From the UHGV virus genome UHGV-0195539: a stretch of DNA of 37,850 nt. The stretch is one strand, 5' to 3'. Below, in pieces: positions 35,089 to 37,850 of the stretch. A model generated the notes under the pieces. It was not told the origin of the DNA, did not search any database, and saw nothing but the letters and a program-made list of their open reading frames with translations. A program made the position numbers and the translations under genes. Each line of letters begins with the position of its first letter. Positions within the stretch are counted from its first letter, which is position 1. This DNA is from a virus.

Positions 35089-35430
35089 ATGGTTATCTTG
35101 TCAATAGACTATGCAAAAAAGCTACGTCAAATACGCAAGGCTGAAGGGCTAACGCAAAAGGAATTTGCGGATATTACGGGGTTGTCTTTAGCTGCCATAA
35201 GGAACTATGAATCAGGGCAAAAAAGCGCCAGAGCCAAAATTGTTGAGATGGTTCTCCAAGTTGATCGGTTTGAAAAATACATGATGTGGCTAATAAAAGA
35301 TAAGACAGTGCCTGCTGCCGGTCAGATAGCTCCGGCTCTCTCTCTTGATGGCTCCATTCAGTCGGAGGACGATCAGGATTCAATCCCAGCCACCCAAAAA
35401 TCATCCCGATCAGGCCGCAATGCTGGCTAA
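35089..35430 (+). CDS. C: immunity repressor C (XRE-type HTH)
   Basis: HTH LTQKEFADITGLSLAAIRNYESGQ and QIAPAL motif match P2 C repressor; directly upstream of int. Confidence 0.8.
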   Translation: MVILSIDYAKKLRQIRKAEGLTQKEFADITGLSLAAIRNYESGQKSARAKIVEMVLQVDRFEKYMMWLIKDKTVPAAGQIAPALSLDGSIQSEDDQDSIPATQKSSRSGRNAG

Positions 35431-35499
35431 CGCTGTACATCGAGCGGGTTTCATCCCGTAGAGAGTGTACGGCTGATTTATCCGTTGGAGGGGCTAATC

Positions 35500-36492
35500 A
35501 TGTCGATTAAGCAACTCAAAGACGGGCGTTATAAGGTTGATGTAAGACCGCAAGGGACGGAAGGAAAGCGGATCCGTAAGATTTTTACCCTGAAGTCAAA
35601 GGCACAGGAGTTTGAAAGGTATGTTTTGCAGAATTTCCACGATAAACCGTGGCAGGCCAAGCCAGCTGATCAGCGTCGGTTATCCGAACTGATAGATGCC
35701 TGGTGGGTGCTTGATGGCCGGAATCAGCCTTACGGGGATACTTACAGGGTCAGGCTGGAAAAAATAAACCGTGAGATGAGGGACCCCCGCGCCAGTGAGA
35801 TGACGCGAAAGTTTATGCTCGGGTATCGTTCAGACAAATTACAGGCCGGATTAATGCCCTCCAGTGTTAATCGTGATTTGTGTGCCTTGTCTGCAATGTT
35901 TACCTCGCTGATTGATGCGGAGGTTTTCCATAACGAAAACCCGGTGCGTGGAATACGCAAGCTCAAGGTCAGGAATACAGAAATGGCCTTTCTTTCAGAT
36001 GATGAGATTGATCGGCTGCTTGAACGACTCGAGGGGGATGCGCGTCGCGTTGCTGTTCTGTGTCTTTCCACTGGCGCAAGGTGGGGGGAAGCAGCTGGTT
36101 TACGTGGTGAGCATATCGTTGGTAACCGCGTAATGTTCTTTAACACAAAGAATGGAAAATCCCGTGCGGTTCCTGTTTCTGACACGGTGCTTTCGTTGAT
36201 AAAAACCCGAAAAACCGGGCTATTGTACCAGGCTGATTACATCCGTTTTAGGGATATCCTTCAGGAGGTGAAACCGGATTTACCCAAAGGTCAGGCGACT
36301 CACGTTATGCGTCACACGTTCGCCACGCATTTCATGATGAACGGCGGAAATATCGTTACGTTACAGCGAATCCTTGGGCACGCCACGATTCAACAAACGA
36401 TGACGTATGCGCATTTTTCACCGGACTTTTTACAGGATGCGATTAGCTTTAATCCGCTGGCTGATAGTGTCCATAAACTGTCCATTGACTAG
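35500..36492 (+). CDS. int: tyrosine integrase (P2 Int family)
   Basis: MSIKQLKDGRYKVDVRP start, STGARWGEAAGLR, ATHVMRHTFATHFMMNGGNI, LQRILGH, YAHF catalytic region; GGAGGGG SD before the ATG. Confidence 0.9.
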   Translation: MSIKQLKDGRYKVDVRPQGTEGKRIRKIFTLKSKAQEFERYVLQNFHDKPWQAKPADQRRLSELIDAWWVLDGRNQPYGDTYRVRLEKINREMRDPRASEMTRKFMLGYRSDKLQAGLMPSSVNRDLCALSAMFTSLIDAEVFHNENPVRGIRKLKVRNTEMAFLSDDEIDRLLERLEGDARRVAVLCLSTGARWGEAAGLRGEHIVGNRVMFFNTKNGKSRAVPVSDTVLSLIKTRKTGLLYQADYIRFRDILQEVKPDLPKGQATHVMRHTFATHFMMNGGNIVTLQRILGHATIQQTMTYAHFSPDFLQDAISFNPLADSVHKLSID

Positions 36493-36607
36493 TTGTAATT
36501 TGCGTTAATTTGCTCCCCTTGTTTTGATTTAGTCATTGAAAAATAAGTAAATCATCAAGGGGAGTAAGGTGTGTTAAATCTCCTGCGGGCGCTTTTTTTG
36601 TCTCCCT

Positions 36608-36621
36608 TTGATACCGAACAA
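36608..36621. promoter_or_regulatory. FNR-like half-site pair (TTGATaccgAACAA) in the host dmsA promoter region
   Basis: Resembles FNR consensus TTGAT-N4-ATCAA; dmsA is a known FNR-activated gene. Confidence 0.3.
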
Positions 36622-36791
36622 TAATTACTCCTCACTTACACGTAATACTACTTTCGAGTGAAAATCTACCTATCTCTTTGATTTTCAAATTATTCGATGT
36701 ATACAAGCCTATATAGCGAACTGCTATAGAAATAATTACACAATACGGTTTGTTACTGGAATCAATCGTGAGCAAGCTTGAGTGAGCCATT

Positions 36792-37850
36792 ATGAAAACG
36801 AAAATCCCTGATGCGGTATTGGCTGCTGAGGTGAGTCGCCGTGGTTTGGTAAAAACGACAGCGATCGGCGGCCTGGCAATGGCCAGCAGCGCATTAACAT
36901 TACCTTTTAGTCGGATTGCGCACGCTGTCGATAGCGCCATTCCAACAAAATCAGACGAAAAGGTTATCTGGAGCGCCTGTACAGTTAACTGTGGTAGTCG
37001 CTGCCCGCTACGTATGCACGTCGTGGACGGTGAAATCAAATATGTCGAAACGGACAATACCGGCGATGACAATTACGACGGCCTGCACCAGGTTCGCGCC
37101 TGTCTGCGTGGGCGTTCCATGCGTCGCCGTGTCTACAATCCGGACCGCCTGAAATATCCGATGAAACGAGTCGGGGCGCGCGGTGAAGGCAAATTCGAGC
37201 GCATTAGCTGGGAAGAAGCCTACGACATCATCGCGACCAATATGCAGCGCCTGATCAAAGAGTACGGCAACGAGTCTATCTATCTGAACTATGGCACCGG
37301 TACGCTGGGCGGCACCATGACCCGCTCCTGGCCGCCGGGAAATACCCTGGTCGCGCGCCTGATGAACTGCTGCGGCGGTTATCTTAACCATTACGGTGAC
37401 TACTCTTCTGCGCAAATTGCGGAAGGTTTGAACTATACCTACGGCGGCTGGGCAGATGGTAACAGCCCGTCGGATATCGAAAACAGTAAATTGGTAGTGC
37501 TGTTTGGTAATAACCCAGGCGAAACGCGAATGAGTGGCGGTGGGGTGACTTACTATCTTGAACAGGCACGCCAGAAATCTAATGCCCGCATGATCATCAT
37601 CGATCCGCGCTATACCGACACCGGTGCCGGGCGCGAAGATGAGTGGATCCCTATTCGTCCAGGAACAGATGCCGCACTGGTTAACGGTCTGGCGTATGTC
37701 ATGATCACCGAAAACCTGGTGGATCAGGCATTCCTTGATAAATATTGCGTTGGCTACGATGAGAAAACCCTGCCCGCTAGCGCGCCGAAAAATGGCCACT
37801 ATAAAGCTTATATTCTGGGTGAAGGGCCAGATGGCGTGGCTAAAACACCG
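36792..37850 (+). CDS. dmsA: anaerobic DMSO reductase catalytic subunit DmsA, N-terminal part (runs off window end)
   Basis: Begins MKTKIPDAVLAAEVSRRGLVKTTAIGGLAMASSAL (twin-arginine signal) with CTVNCGSRCPL cluster motif; matches E. coli DmsA as recalled. Not in ORF track because no stop in window. Confidence 0.85.
   Translation, partial: MKTKIPDAVLAAEVSRRGLVKTTAIGGLAMASSALTLPFSRIAHAVDSAIPTKSDEKVIWSACTVNCGSRCPLRMHVVDGEIKYVETDNTGDDNYDGLHQVRACLRGRSMRRRVYNPDRLKYPMKRVGARGEGKFERISWEEAYDIIATNMQRLIKEYGNESIYLNYGTGTLGGTMTRSWPPGNTLVARLMNCCGGYLNHYGDYSSAQIAEGLNYTYGGWADGNSPSDIENSKLVVLFGNNPGETRMSGGGVTYYLEQARQKSNARMIIIDPRYTDTGAGREDEWIPIRPGTDAALVNGLAYVMITENLVDQAFLDKYCVGYDEKTLPASAPKNGHYKAYILGEGPDGVAKTP

Larger units (their letters stand above)
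200..36565. mobile_element. P2-like prophage, near-complete; boundaries approximate
   Basis: Contiguous P2-family gene set from ogr/D through integrase, with E. coli-type dmsA immediately beyond the integrase. Exact att ends not resolved. Confidence 0.85.

Noticed and set aside
37008-37799. 263-aa minus-strand ORF at the window end
   Set aside because: Antisense to the dmsA coding sequence, which has an unmistakable DmsA N-terminus on the plus strand.
1-37850. CRISPR arrays, rRNA/tRNA genes, IS elements or transposases
   Set aside because: No regularly spaced direct repeats, no tRNA at either prophage end, and no transposase-like ORFs found on either strand.

Overview
The window is almost entirely a near-complete P2-like (Peduovirus-type) temperate myovirus prophage, about 36 kb, integrated immediately upstream of a host gene whose N-terminus matches E. 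coli DmsA (partial CDS from 36792). All calls rest on reading the six-frame translations against remembered P2/186 protein families; no database search was run. Late-control, tail, baseplate, lysis, head, terminase, replication, immunity and integrase genes are all recognisable, so the backbone is ordinary. What is not ordinary: (1) a cargo island between the portal gene and the replication operon holding two orphan genes, one an AT-rich multi-pass membrane protein, flanked by inverted-repeat hairpins; (2) a NanS-p-like sialate O-acetylesterase moron wedged between the spanins and tail-completion gene R; (3) the tail sheath-tube-chaperone-tape measure-U block lying inverted relative to canonical P2 synteny, with no Z/fun locus; (4) an unannotated 34-aa hydrophobic peptide ORF overlapping the stop of a small acidic protein gene in an AT-rich part of the early operon; (5) a membrane protein gene transcribed against the early operon. 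No CRISPR array, tRNA, rRNA or IS element was seen. Non-ORF feature coordinates may be off by 1-2 nt.
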